Part shown: one piece after another, positions 23,427 through 35,059 of the stretch
How the letters are laid out: the number at the start of each line of letters is the position of its first letter
How positions within the stretch are numbered: position 1 is the first letter of the stretch
Assembly (NCBI GenBank): GCA_001938485.1
Contig: MQRK01217149.1
Location: 1-50,112, forward strand
Length of the DNA stretch: 50,112 bases
Reading direction: 5' to 3'
DNA from: Girardia tigrina
Lineage: Eukaryota
Notes under the pieces: model-generated
Told to the model about the DNA's origin: nothing
What the model saw: the letters and a program-made list of their open reading frames with translations, nothing else
Database searches by the model: none
Translations under genes and position numbers: made by a program

Positions 23427-26400
23427 ATGCTTGTAAAACTTTTTACTAATAATTTGGTGTTTAAAGCGACAAAAGTTGTAAAAGAATCTATACGATGTGC
23501 AGGCCATTCACATTGGCAAAATGTAAAAAGTACAAAAGAGGCCCATGAAAAAATTAGAAGTACAAACTACAAAATAGTTAGTTCATTAGTCGCTAAAGCT
23601 ATCAAAGGTAAATGAAATATTCGTTTATAGTTCTTTTGTTTTTCTGCTAATTGTGAACGAATTATATTTTCACAGTAGTCTTTTTAATTATAATTTTTAT
23701 TATTTTTGAAAAAAAATTCTAAATTCAAAAAAAAATTATTTTTTATCACAAAAAATATAAATAACCACTGATCTTGGAACGACTTCCGGTACATATTCCA
23801 AGTTGCCCTCAGATATTAGAATAAGGTAAATTTTCATTTTAATGTTTGGGACCGACTTGGAATATTTTCCTTTTGACGAAAAATATTTTTTAACCATTTG
23901 AAAAATGATTGAGAAAAAAATGGGAGAAGAAAATTCTTTCTCAATTCGTTGAAAAACAGAAGAATTTCATATTTCTTTAACCATCTAATGAGGTTGTCAG
24001 ATGGGAACGGTAATAGAGATCCCAAAATCAATCAATATTTGGCTTCTGCTCTTGAGAGAGCCAAAGCAATGAAAATTTCTTTGTCAAGCCTTGAGAAGCT
24101 GCTTTCACAAACCGAATATGTTGATCCATATCTTATTGAGTTTCAAGCTCGCGGAGGAATATTGATGTTGATTGAGTCTTGCAGTAAACACGCAGTCAAA
24201 GAAAAACAATCTATATCGGCAATTGCTAAGAAATACGGGTTGGTATAATTGTGTATTGACATTTATTGGTATCATATTTACAATGATTTGATCTCTTATC
24301 ATTAATTTATAAAAGCATAAATATGGATGTGAGAAACATTTTGAATGTTTGATGTTTTGTGTTCGAATGTTGTGTGTTGATTTGGAAATGTGTCTCTCCT
24401 ACCCAGATGGATGATCAATATTTGAATTCTTATTATCTAAAAATATGTAATGTTTAGATTTATTTCTAATTTGAAATAATTGTAAAAATAAAACTCATCC
24501 ATTTAAAAATATATTTCGACGGATCTACCGTCATCTTCAGGTCACTAATTAATAATCAATTCACCTGTATATAAATACAAAAATGATGATTACGCAATCG
24601 ATTGCATGAAATCATGCTAATCAAAAATTATCAATAAGCTGGTTGAGACTGCCGATTGAACATTGATTTTAGGGCAACGTGACCTAATTAACAGTGCTTC
24701 ACACGACACTCTCTCCCAATAACTATCAAAATGCTCACAGAATTTTGAAATTATCAAAATTAACATCACATTACATTTTTAATTTCCTTAAATAATTTAA
24801 TTTTTTATTCTGTGTAGCAAATTTACTTTTATTTAAATTATTGGAATTATTGATAGACATGATCACACTTAAACGAAAACAATGATTTTGTTTTCGTTTA
24901 TGATGATTTTTCGAAAATAAGATGATTTTTTCGATTTACAAAAACTATATTATTCAAACAAATTAGAATTAATCCAATTAATTACACTCCCACATGATCT
25001 CCATATCAAATCACATAATCGTCCAGATAGTGAGGGGGTTTCGTACCCGCACCGGTCGTTCAGAGGAATCTGCAGCTATCTTTTGCATTGCCGGTCCACT
25101 CATTTCATCCACACTGTATGAAATGCGATCCTCGGAATCCACTAACATCAGTTGTCGATAGTCCACTGCTCTCCTGATGTGGGATATATGTCTCGTGATT
25201 CCATCGTCGTCCAGCTACACCCTAACTGCAGACTTCAACGATGTAATTACATTTTGCCCCGCCCATGGTTCATCGAATGTCCCGCCGACTCTAAAATAAA
25301 CATTCTCACCAATGCTGAACGTGTTTTTCTCTGTAGCATCATACTCATCATTCAAAATGCATTTCGAGATGAATTTGCATTCAACCTGACGCTCATCTCG
25401 AATCATTGGCAGTTGAGACTTGGCATGGAACATCAATTCATAGGGCCCCGCATCCCGGTGACCAAAACACACATTCGCTGATCGAATGTTCAGATCTCAC
25501 CGTCATTGTCTTAATGGTGGGGTGATTTCTCTCACACATCCAATTCCCTTGATGCCGATAGGCTGCGGTGAACCCTTGCTCGATTCTCCATTTATCTAGC
25601 AACCGTCTCACTGGGGCACTTCAGTAGACAACCGCATTGTCGGAAAAGAAACGTTTCGACGGTCCAAATTCAGAGAATATGCTACAGTGCGTTTCATTTA
25701 ACAACAGCAGGATACGAAATTCTAACCTTAAAAAAATTAGTTGAATATAATTATCCAATGAAATAATAGTTGAAGATCTTTTAACAATAACATTTACTAT
25801 AGGAATTTAAGTTACACACACTCACACAAGCATATACACAAATACACACATATATACATACATACAAATATCAAAACACACAACATTTTAGGGTCATTTA
25901 ACAATTTAAGGCTCTTTTATCAGCAGTATATCAGAAAAGTTAAAAAAATGAATTATGAATTGGAAACCATTTCTTCGGCGTCAGACAATAATACTGACCC
26001 AGCAATGGATGTTTCTCATGAAATTCATGCTAAAAAGAAACGAAAATCGTAAGATGTTTAAACTTTTTACTTGATTTATTTCCTCATTTTTCAGAGTTTC
26101 TAAGAATAACAAAGAGAGAATTGTATCAGCGTACAATAAAGGACAAGATTATATCAACGAAAATTGACAAGTATTGATCGGTTATCGGAAAATCGATCGA
26201 TAATTATCGATATTCGATTGACGGGATATCGAATTTGGAGACGCTCTTCCCGACGCGGTTTAAAATCGTTCATCCCGCGTGTCGATTCGATTACGAATCG
26301 ATGAATCTACGATGAAATACCGCCGCCTTTAATCGATAGTCGCAACAATATAATCGATTTACCGACGCTTTATCAACCGATAATCGACGACAATCAATCG

Positions 26401-29400
26401 TTCGATAGGATCGATCCGAGAAATCATCGATCATCGAGATTAGTAACGACGACGACGACGAGGATGAATCGATCAGTTCTCCCGCTGCTCCTCCGCCATC
26501 GTCGTCGNNNNNNNNNNNNNNNNNNNNNNNNNNNNNNNNNNNNNNNNNNNNNNNNNNNNNNNNNNNNNNNNNNNNNNNNNNNNNNNNNNNNNNNNNNNNN
26601 NNNNNNNNNNNNNNNNNNNNNNNNNNNNNNNNNNNNNNNNNNNNNNNNNNNNNNNNNNNNNNNNNNNNNNNNNNNNNNNNNNNNNNNNNNNNNNNNNNNN
26701 NNNNNNNNNNNNNNNNNNNNNNNNNNNNNNNNNNNNNNNNNNNNNNNNNNNNNNNNNNNNNNNNNNNNNNNNNNNNNNNNNNNNNNNNNNNNNNNNNNNN
26801 NNNNNNNNNNNNNNNNNNNNNNNNNNNNNNNNNNNNNNNNNNNNNNNNNNNNNNNNNNNNNNNNNNNNNNNNNNNNNNNNNNNNNNNNNNNNNNNNNNNN
26901 NNNNNNNNNNNNNNNNNNNNNNNNNNNNNNNNNNNNNNNNNNNNNNNNNNNNNNNNNNNNNNNNNNNNNNNNNNNNNNNNNNNNNNNNNNNNNNNNNNNN
27001 NNNNNNNNNNNNNNNNNNNNNNNNNNNNNNNNNNNNNNNNNNNNNNNNNNNNNNNNNNNNNNNNNNNNNNNNNNNNNNNNNNNNNNNNNNNNNNNNNNNN
27101 NNNNNNNNNNNNNNNNNNNNNNNNNNNNNNNNNNNNNNNNNNNNNNNNNNNNNNNNNNNNNNNNNNNNNNNNNNNNNNNNNNNNNNNNNNNNNNNNNNNN
27201 NNNNNNNNNNNNNNNNNNNNNNNNNNNNNNNNNNNNNNNNNNNNNNNNNNNNNNNNNNNNNNNNNNNNNNNNNNNNNNNNNNNNNNNNNNNNNNNNNNNN
27301 NNNNNNNNNNNNNNNNNNNNNNNNNNNNNNNNNNNNNNNNNNNNNNNNNNNNNNNNNNNNNNNNNNNNNNNNNNNNNNNNNNATTCAAAACTTAGTTAAA
27401 ACTATTTATTTTATTTAAATTTTAATATGAAGATTTGAAAAGATTTAATATTTTTAATGTTTTTAAATATCTTATGCTGTACTTTAAAATGTAAATTATA
27501 CGCGAATCTATCGTGAACATCTAAAATATCAATTTTCCATCTGGGTGGGAGAAACACATTTCCAAATACTAAACTCAACATAAAAAATTCAACAAACCAA
27601 TTTCAACATACCAAATTTAAAATATTTCTCACACATACAATTATATCATAAAATTTAATAACATTCAATTTTATAATAACATTATATAAGTCTTTTGCAA
27701 TATTTTATAACAGTACATTAAAACAATCATAAAGCAAAATTATGATTGCTTTTACTGTTATTAAATGTGCACGTTATAACATTTTGCTGTTGTTAAATGA
27801 AACGCACTGTATCTATATGCCAACCTATTTCCTCGGCGGATTCACTGCGCAACTTTCTCCAAATACAAAATCTTGTTACTGAATCCACTACGGTCAGATA
27901 CGCGACACCGTTGAAATAAGTCACATCGCTATAAAGTTGGTACCATACCTTGTCTGTTGACGATTGCCCATGTCGATACTCAATTCGTGGGGCTGGACAG
28001 ATCTTTGAACACTCAAAACACTGCTTGATAACTTCCTTAACCTGATCCGACTTTATTGCATTAGACCCATATTTTTCCCTCAACAGTTCACTCGTCATGT
28101 CGACTCCAAAGTGACAGATATCATGAATTTTCTTGATCTCATCAACACTTGGATACTGATTTACTTCAATGGCGTTTACTTCCACTTTCCTGTTTAGCAA
28201 TTGTTTTGGAACCCTGGTCAAACAATCTACCATATTCAATTGAGATTTCACCAATTCCAGTTTTTCTTGATCTTTCGACTCTCTCATGATATCGAGTCTT
28301 CGCCGTACCAAATGTTCAGATAACGTGCGTGTTCTTGGGCTGTGTGTAATCTTGAATACTGCCATGAGCCATCCATACACTGTTTACTGAGTCCGTCATC
28401 AGCTTGATCTTATGAAAGCCCCAGGTTATTGCCAAGTTTATTCCCCTTATGGCCGCATCCAGTTCACTCATATTAATATGGCTTGTATCGTTTTCTTTCC
28501 TTAACCAAGCAGCATTTTCAACGATATTGCCGTTAACGCACAGTAGTACGCCCGGTCGTATTCGTGTCTTTTTGCCTTTGACTTGCCGCACTCCCATCAA
28601 CGGTATCATGTTTTGAATCTTCCCATCTCACTTTTCATTCCACTTTATCAGAACACTTTCGCTTATCCACTCATTCACTTCATCTTGAAATGGCTCTTTA
28701 TCTTCATTTGGAGTATAATAATTGACACATGAGGTTCTCCCAACCGGATGATCATCGATAAATCTCCATCGTGTGCTTCAATACCGTCCGTCAAATTGAG
28801 CTTCAAAATCATCCTCTTTTATCTACAAATGTCTTTCACTTTTCACTCCAGTTGCTGCAGTAATAGCTTCCAATTTTGCTCCATTACTGCCAAATTTTAT
28901 ACAAACATCATCACCGTATTGTCAGTCCACGTTTGAGAATAACATCGTTTCCCACTATGATGTCGACACCTGCAGGCAGCCTTTCAACCACAATTGCTCC
29001 AACAGGCTCCAGGTTCATACCGCCAAATAGAATCTCATGCAGATGCACTTTACCCAGGATATTTACCTGACTACCGTCGACCGCTACCAGGTTCATGTTT
29101 CTAACTCCTTCGATTCTTGACTTTGTGCAACCTCTTCTAATAAGAGTGGCATTACTCCCCGTGTCGATCATCACCTTCATCATTTCCCCGTCAATTAGCG
29201 CTTGACGAATCAATAAATTCGGAATAAGAGCTGCACACGAATAAATTAATGACGACTGCGATTTTTTGAGGCGATTCACGGTCACCTTATTGACACTTTT
29301 TTCTTCGGGACGTTGTGGCTTTTTATAGGCGTAACTATTGCCGCTAGTTACACCACCACCACCACCTCTTACTGTGACATTTCGTCCTACACCATTCACT

Positions 29401-30682
29401 GGGGAGAGTTGGAACCCGGGATCTCCTCCCCTCTGTCGTTTCCGGACATGTTACAGTTTGCTTTTATATGTCCGACTTCTCCACATTTAAAGCATTTAAC
29501 TCTACACGTCTTCTGCGTGTGTCCAAGTCGATTACAACCAACACATCAAAATTTACTGTTGGTTGCCGCAATCACTTGATGATGTTGATGAGGCGATATA
29601 TTTTTGGCCAAGTTCACCACACTCTTGAACGTGAATTTGACGTCCAATCTTGACTGCAACTCTCTTTTTAATTGATCCGGTAAACTGTGAATAAATGTCA
29701 TTGCACAAAACGCATCGATCGGATCCTGGTCCCCAACAACGGTCTGTATCAGCTGATTGATCTCGGCCACCGACACGTCCAGTCTGTCACCCGGGAGAAT
29801 CTTCTTTTGATCAAGCAACAGCCATGCGTCAAATCTCCCCAAACCAAGCACTCGGCGCAACTCACTTTTGATTTCCTTGGCATTTCTCTGTTGATCCAGC
29901 GATAAGCCCTTCCACGTGTCGTATGCCGGCCCGTCCTATAGCATGACCAAGCATGAGACTTTTTTTTCCATTAGCCCGTCTACCTCGATGGCAAACTCGA
30001 TCCAACGTTCGACGTCCTCCCCACCATCAAATTTCTTCAAATTACTGATAGCTTTCACTGCCGCGATAGCTTGTAAAATAAGATGATTTTTTCGATTTAC
30101 AAAGACTATATTATTCAAACAAATTAGAAGATCAAAGTAATTACAGTTATTATGAATAATAATATAATTTTCCATTTGTAGATTATTTTTTTTATTTACT
30201 ATTGAAAACGTTTCGTGGAATTTATTATTATTTGTTCGCGATAGATTCAAAGCGACTAATGCGTCGATGTGGGATAAACTGTTTACGTATAAAGCAGAAG
30301 TGATATGTAATTCAGACAATAATCTTTTAACAAATGAAGAAGCAGCTTTTGAATTAGCTTTAGAAGTTGGTGCCGAAGAGGTACTTAAAGATGTTGATCC
30401 CGATAACAAGAATACCATTTATAAAGTTAATAAAACGTTGTACCAATTATCAAATTATTGATTCCATTTTAGTTCATTTGTAACCCGAATCATTTACAAA
30501 ATGTTGAAACCGCTCTTAAAGAAAGATCTGTCGATGTTGTCGGTAGTTACGATTATTTTGAACCGAAAGAAAAAGTTGAAGTAAATGACGAAATTAAGAT
30601 TCTCATAGATGAAATGATCGATAAGATCCGAGCAAACATTGACACAGTTCAGAGAATATTTGTAAATACTGATTCAAAATAA
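23427..30682 (+). CDS. TACO1: Mitochondrial YebC/PmpR-family translational activator of COX1, 4 exons, 269 aa
   Basis: Exons 23427-23607, 24001-24238, 30245-30425, 30473-30682. All introns are GT-AG and the exons total 810 nt in frame. A basic presequence precedes AGHSHWQNVK, then DPKINQYLASALERAK, ELALEVGAEEV and the C-terminal VQRIFVN. Confidence 0.88.
24505..24770 (-). mobile_element. Second Penelope-like 3' remnant, TACO1 intron 2
   Basis: Minus frame CDVNFDNFKIL..FDSYWERVSCEALLIRSRCPKINVQ resembles the end of the 13.7-kb copy; followed by a hammerhead core. Confidence 0.75.
24507..24545 (-). ncRNA. Minimal type I hammerhead ribozyme core (Penelope-associated, probably degenerate)
   Basis: Minus strand CTGAAGA-T-GACGG-TAGAT-CCGTC-GAAA, followed by palindromic AAATATATTT; the stem I partner is not evident. 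Confidence 0.6.
24813..30145 (-). mobile_element. Ty3/gypsy-type LTR retrotransposon (deleted, interrupted) in TACO1 intron 2
   Basis: Truncated 5' LTR 30145-30075 and 3' LTR 24986-~24813 (both start TGTAATTA, 55-bp block with 1 mismatch), with a purine-rich tract before the 3' LTR. Gag zinc knuckle KCFKCGEVGHIKANC, protease IDTGS, RNase H ELDAAIRG..MTDS, integrase H..H/CxxC, YSDVT, FSDNA, CERNH. Confidence 0.9.
25685..27809 (+). mobile_element. Tc1/IS630-type TIR element nested in the gypsy integrase
   Basis: 25-bp perfect TIR CAGTGCGTTTCATTTAACAACAGCA with TA TSD (25683-84, 27810-11). Removing it restores the integrase frame WHIDSIFSEFGP. Spans an ~875-nt N gap. Confidence 0.88.
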
Positions 30683-31126
30683 ATTGTCGTTTGTGCAAAT
30701 CGTTGAGTGTTTACGTCATTTTGTAATCGGTTACAAGTGTGATATTTCCCTGCGATTTCTTGTACGACAATACCGATTATCGGTTGTTTTATTGGAAATA
30801 TATCTAATAAAAATGTTTCTGTTAGTGACTGAAAAAAATTTATGTTTTAATTTAAAGTGGTTGAAAATTTTGGAAAAAAAAACAATTATTTTATACTATT
30901 TTAGAAAGGTAACGCTTCAGTTACTTGTGTAGGTTTTCGTATTTCATGCTTACCAATAACTAAGAGCTTAGGTTTCATAACGACTATTAACAACAAGGTT
31001 CATATTTATTTATAAATAACTCTTACAGAATTATCTTTAACCTTATGAGGGGTTAATTTAAATTTTTATCTCGCCTGAATAATTTATTATTTTTTTAATT
31101 TAAAGGGGTAAAATATTTTTATGTTA

Positions 31127-32398
31127 CAGGATTTCCCACCCCAATTTGACATCGTTTCATTAATTTTTGACATTGATTCACTAATTTTTGACATTTCTAA
31201 ATTGTTTTATAATTTTACTATAATTTAATATTATTTTTAATGGATTATGTCTCGAAAGAATTCCACGGTTTCTAACGCAGATCGCGAAAGAATCATTGCT
31301 TGCTATGAAAACCAAAAAAAGATTTCTGAAATCTCTTCAACTTTAAATATCAAACGAACAACAGTGCATCAAATTATTAAGTTATATCAACAAACAGGAC
31401 ATGTAAACGCAATCAAAAGAGGATCTCCTTCTAGAAAAAAGTTGGGTGATAATGAAATTAATGCTATTAGAAGTTGGATTGATGTTGATAGTACGCTTTC
31501 ACTTAATCAAATTGCTGCACGGATAAATGAAGATTTCGGTGTTTCAGTATCTAAATCCACANNNNNNNNNNNNNNNNNNNNNNNNNNNNNNNNNNNNNNN
31601 NNNNNNNNNNNNNNNNNNNNNNNNNNNNNNNNNNNNNNNNNNNNNNNNNNNNNNNNNNNNNNNNNNNNNNNNNNNNNNNNNNNNNNNNNNNNNNNNNNNN
31701 NNNNNNNNNNNNATTTTCTTAGATGAAGTAGGTTTTAGCGTGTCTTCGAGATCTTCACGTGGTCGTTCCTTGAAGGGAACACCAGCGGTAGCTATTGTTC
31801 CTGCTATACGAACTCGAAATATTTCAATTTGCTGCGCAATGAACAGAAACAGAATACTATTTTATAAAACAAGCACGCGCGCATTCAATGGGGAAATATT
31901 TATCGAGTTCATAAAGGAACTTAAAGACAAAATACATGAGAAAAGGTTGAAAAATATTGTTTTGATCATGGACAATGTGCGCTTTCACCATATAAATGAA
32001 GATAAGGCTCTGCTTGATAGTTTTAATTATAGGATTTTATACCTCCCTCCTTATTCGCCTTTCCTAAATCCAATAGAAAATATGTTCAGCAAATGGAAGG
32101 AAATAACAAAAAGAACCATCCCAAGCAATGAAACCGACCTAATGACAGCGATAAGCAGTGGTTCACAACTGGTAACTTCTGATGACTGTGTTGGTTTTTT
32201 AGGCATATGTGGACATACATTCCAAGATGTCTTAATGAAGAAGAAATTGTATTTTAAATAAAATTTGCGACTTTAATTCATTTTTTAATATTTTAATAAC
32301 CTTATAACATTTTGTCAAAAATTAGTGAACAAATGTCAAAAATTATTGACACAATGTCAAATTAATGAAACGATGTCAAATTGGGATGGGAAACCCTG
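31127..32398 (+). mobile_element. Near full-length Tc1/IS630-family DD34E transposon
   Basis: Imperfect TIRs cagg.tttccca.cccaatttgacatcgtttcattaattt with subterminal tttgacatt repeats; TA on the left. Confidence 0.92.
31247..32261 (+). CDS. DD34E transposase (spans an N gap; 1-nt frameshift near the C-terminus)
   Basis: HTH N-terminus, then IFLDEVGF, MDNVRFH, and LPPYSPFLNPIE with 34 residues between D and E. The alternative frame after the T-run at ~32195 reads RHMWTYIPRCLNEEEIVF*. Confidence 0.88.
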
Positions 32399-34159
32399 CT
32401 TATACAATATTTTAAAATTAAAAATGATATAATAAAACTACTATTAAAAATCAAAAACGTTTTTAAAAATAAAATATGTTTTAATGTGTTTTTAAATATT
32501 TAAAAAAAAATTAAAAATTATATAATAAAAGAAAATCATAAAAAATAAAATATCTATTTAAAAATAAAAAATATCTTTTAATGTATCTATTAAATATCTT
32601 AAAATTAAAAATGTCAAGAAANNNNNNNNNNNNNNNNNNNNNNNNNNNNNNNNNNNNNNNNNNNNNNNNNNTAATAAAAGAAAATCATAAAAAATAAAAT
32701 ATCTATTTAAAAATAAAAAATATCTTTTAATGTATCTATTAAATATCTTAAAATTAAAAATGTCAAGAAAACAAAAATATTAAATATTTAGTGATAAATA
32801 AAAATATTTTTAATAAGCAATTTAAAAAAAAACTTTGAAATAAATTTTGAAAATAAAGTTTAAATAATTTTTGAAATAAATTTTCAGGATTTTAAAAATT
32901 AAATCGAAAAGAATTTAATAGATTAATTTGGGGTGAGATAATTAAATTAACAGGAAAATTTGTTTTAAAGATGTGAATTGTTATAAAAATAAATTTTGGT
33001 GTTAAAAAAATGAATCCTGAGGTTGCAACCACTTCTCATAAACCTTATGAATATTAACTAGCTCCTAATGGACTTCTGGGTATTGTAAACTACAAACAAC
33101 GCTGTAATTTAATTATACTGGCATCTAGAGACCATAACTGTGGTCTACATTAACCTAATTTATAGGTTTTTCAGTAGATTTTGTTATCCGAGTTTTGCAA
33201 ATATTTCTATTTTATTTTATTATTTTTCTCCATTTGTACCGTTTTTTTAACCTTATATATAAATGATCATTATTTTTAATACTTTGATCAGTTTTTTTTA
33301 AAATTACTTGATTAGTAGTATTTATTTTTGATCAGCAATTAATAAAAAATTGACTAGTATATTATATTTAATTGATAAGTATTTAATTGAAAATGAATTG
33401 GTAAAATTAGGAAAGTAAAAGAAATAATTGAATTTTTATATTGAACTTTCATTTATTAATTGAAGAATATTACATAAAAATATAACAAAACTATTTTAAT
33501 TTTTTTAATATAAAATAAAAAGAAAACAAGTTGTAATACTATGGTATCCGAATGATGATTATGTATTTATTTAGAAGTCTTTTATACTTGATTTCTTTCT
33601 TTCGTCTTATTCGTACCTCAAATAATCCCTTGTGTGTATATCATTTTTTGTTTTGGTCTGCGACAGTTTTTTTATCCACATGTATCTTTTTTATTTATTT
33701 ATATTTTTTTGTATTATATTTTTTTATGAAAAGAATGTAAAGTTTTTTTTGTTTGTCGGAGAAGGAAATAGTTTGGGAGATGATTATGTCAGTAGAAAAA
33801 AAAGAAAACCAAAGAAATTATTTGTCATATTTTTCCCCTTTATTATTCAAGTCAGAAACAGACAATAATAATTTAACTAAAAATTGTCATTAGCAATTTA
33901 ATAATTCAACCGCACCAAAAGTAGAGATCGATAATCGATCACAAATAATTACTTTAATCATCATTTTTAACGTTGAAATGAATTCACTCCAACATCTTTG
34001 TTATCGAGGTTGATAATCTGATTCCATCATCATTAACTCAAAAATCTCGTGAACGATATCATGATTGATAACTAGTATTGTGTAGAACAATCTACAATTT
34101 ATTTTTCTATTTACTATTGTCGATAAAGAGAGACTGCTATATTTTTCTCCGTCACGTTA

Positions 34160-34845
34160 TTACCACGTTTTTATTAGCTTGCTTTCTTGTCTGGAACAAA
34201 TCTTGCGATTGATTTTTCGACCACTTTCAGTCATCCAATTGAGCTGAATTTTTTTATACAGGCTTGCTTCCGANNNNNNNNNNNNNNNNNNNNNNNNNNN
34301 NNNNNNNNNNNNNNNNNNNNNNNNNNNNNNNNNNNNNNNNNNNNNNNNNNNNNNNNNNNNNNNNNNNNNNNNNNNNNNNNNNNNNNNNNNNNNNNNNNNN
34401 NNNNNNNNNNNNNNNNNNNNNNNNNNNNNNNNNNNNNNNNNNNNNNNNNNNNNNNNNNNTTATTCGAAATCAATCGAAAGATTTGAATTCCTAAATGATA
34501 ACTAAAAATAGTAAAATAATATTATTAATAAAAAAATTTTTTTATAAAAACAACCACGTTTTTCAAGCATTACCAATGAACTAAAAAGAGGAAAATAATT
34601 TTTTTTCTAGACATGTGCGAAATTTTATACCTAACCAAAAAGTGGACATAGAAATGATAGATTGTTAATAAAAAGCAGTAAAGAGGAAATAGCAGTAATT
34701 CAGAAATCCGCCCACGTTTTTGGTTAGGTATAAAATTTCGCACATGTCTAGAAAAAAATTATTTTCCTCTTTTTAGTGAATTGGTAATGCTTGAAAAACG
34801 TGGTTGATTTTATAAAAAAATTTTTTTACTAATAATATTATATTT
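34160..34845 (+). repeat. Repeat family B, copy 2
   Basis: ttaccacgtttttattagcttgctttcttgtctggaacaaatcttgcg... matches 12883->12750. Inverted arms ~34512-34641 / ~34715-34841. Confidence 0.7.
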
Positions 34846-35059
34846 ATTATTATTATATTGGTTTGGAGTTAATTACTTTTTTCAGCCACTGTAATACGGT
34901 TAATAACATTACATTATTTAGTATAAACGACTGTTGCTTTCTGAGATTTTATAATCAAAAGTAAAAATCCGTAAAAGAGATATTTGTCTTTTAAGTAATA
35001 TTTATTCTATCCTTAGACTTATTTTTACACAAATGATAACAAAAATTAAACAATTAATA

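Noticed and set aside
26291-27399. Long ORFs of 365 and 311 aa in the ORF track
   Set aside because: Almost entirely N-gap translation.
24914-30129. 55-bp direct repeat first read as an unusually long target-site duplication
   Set aside because: It extends to TGTAATTA starts after a purine tract, so it is part of the two LTRs.
29936-30418. 160-aa minus-strand ORF
   Set aside because: Chance read-through of antisense TACO1 exon 3 and LTR sequence into the truncated gag start.
32523-32770. ~100-bp exact direct repeat flanking a 50-N gap
   Set aside because: Most likely unmerged contig overlap (assembly artefact).
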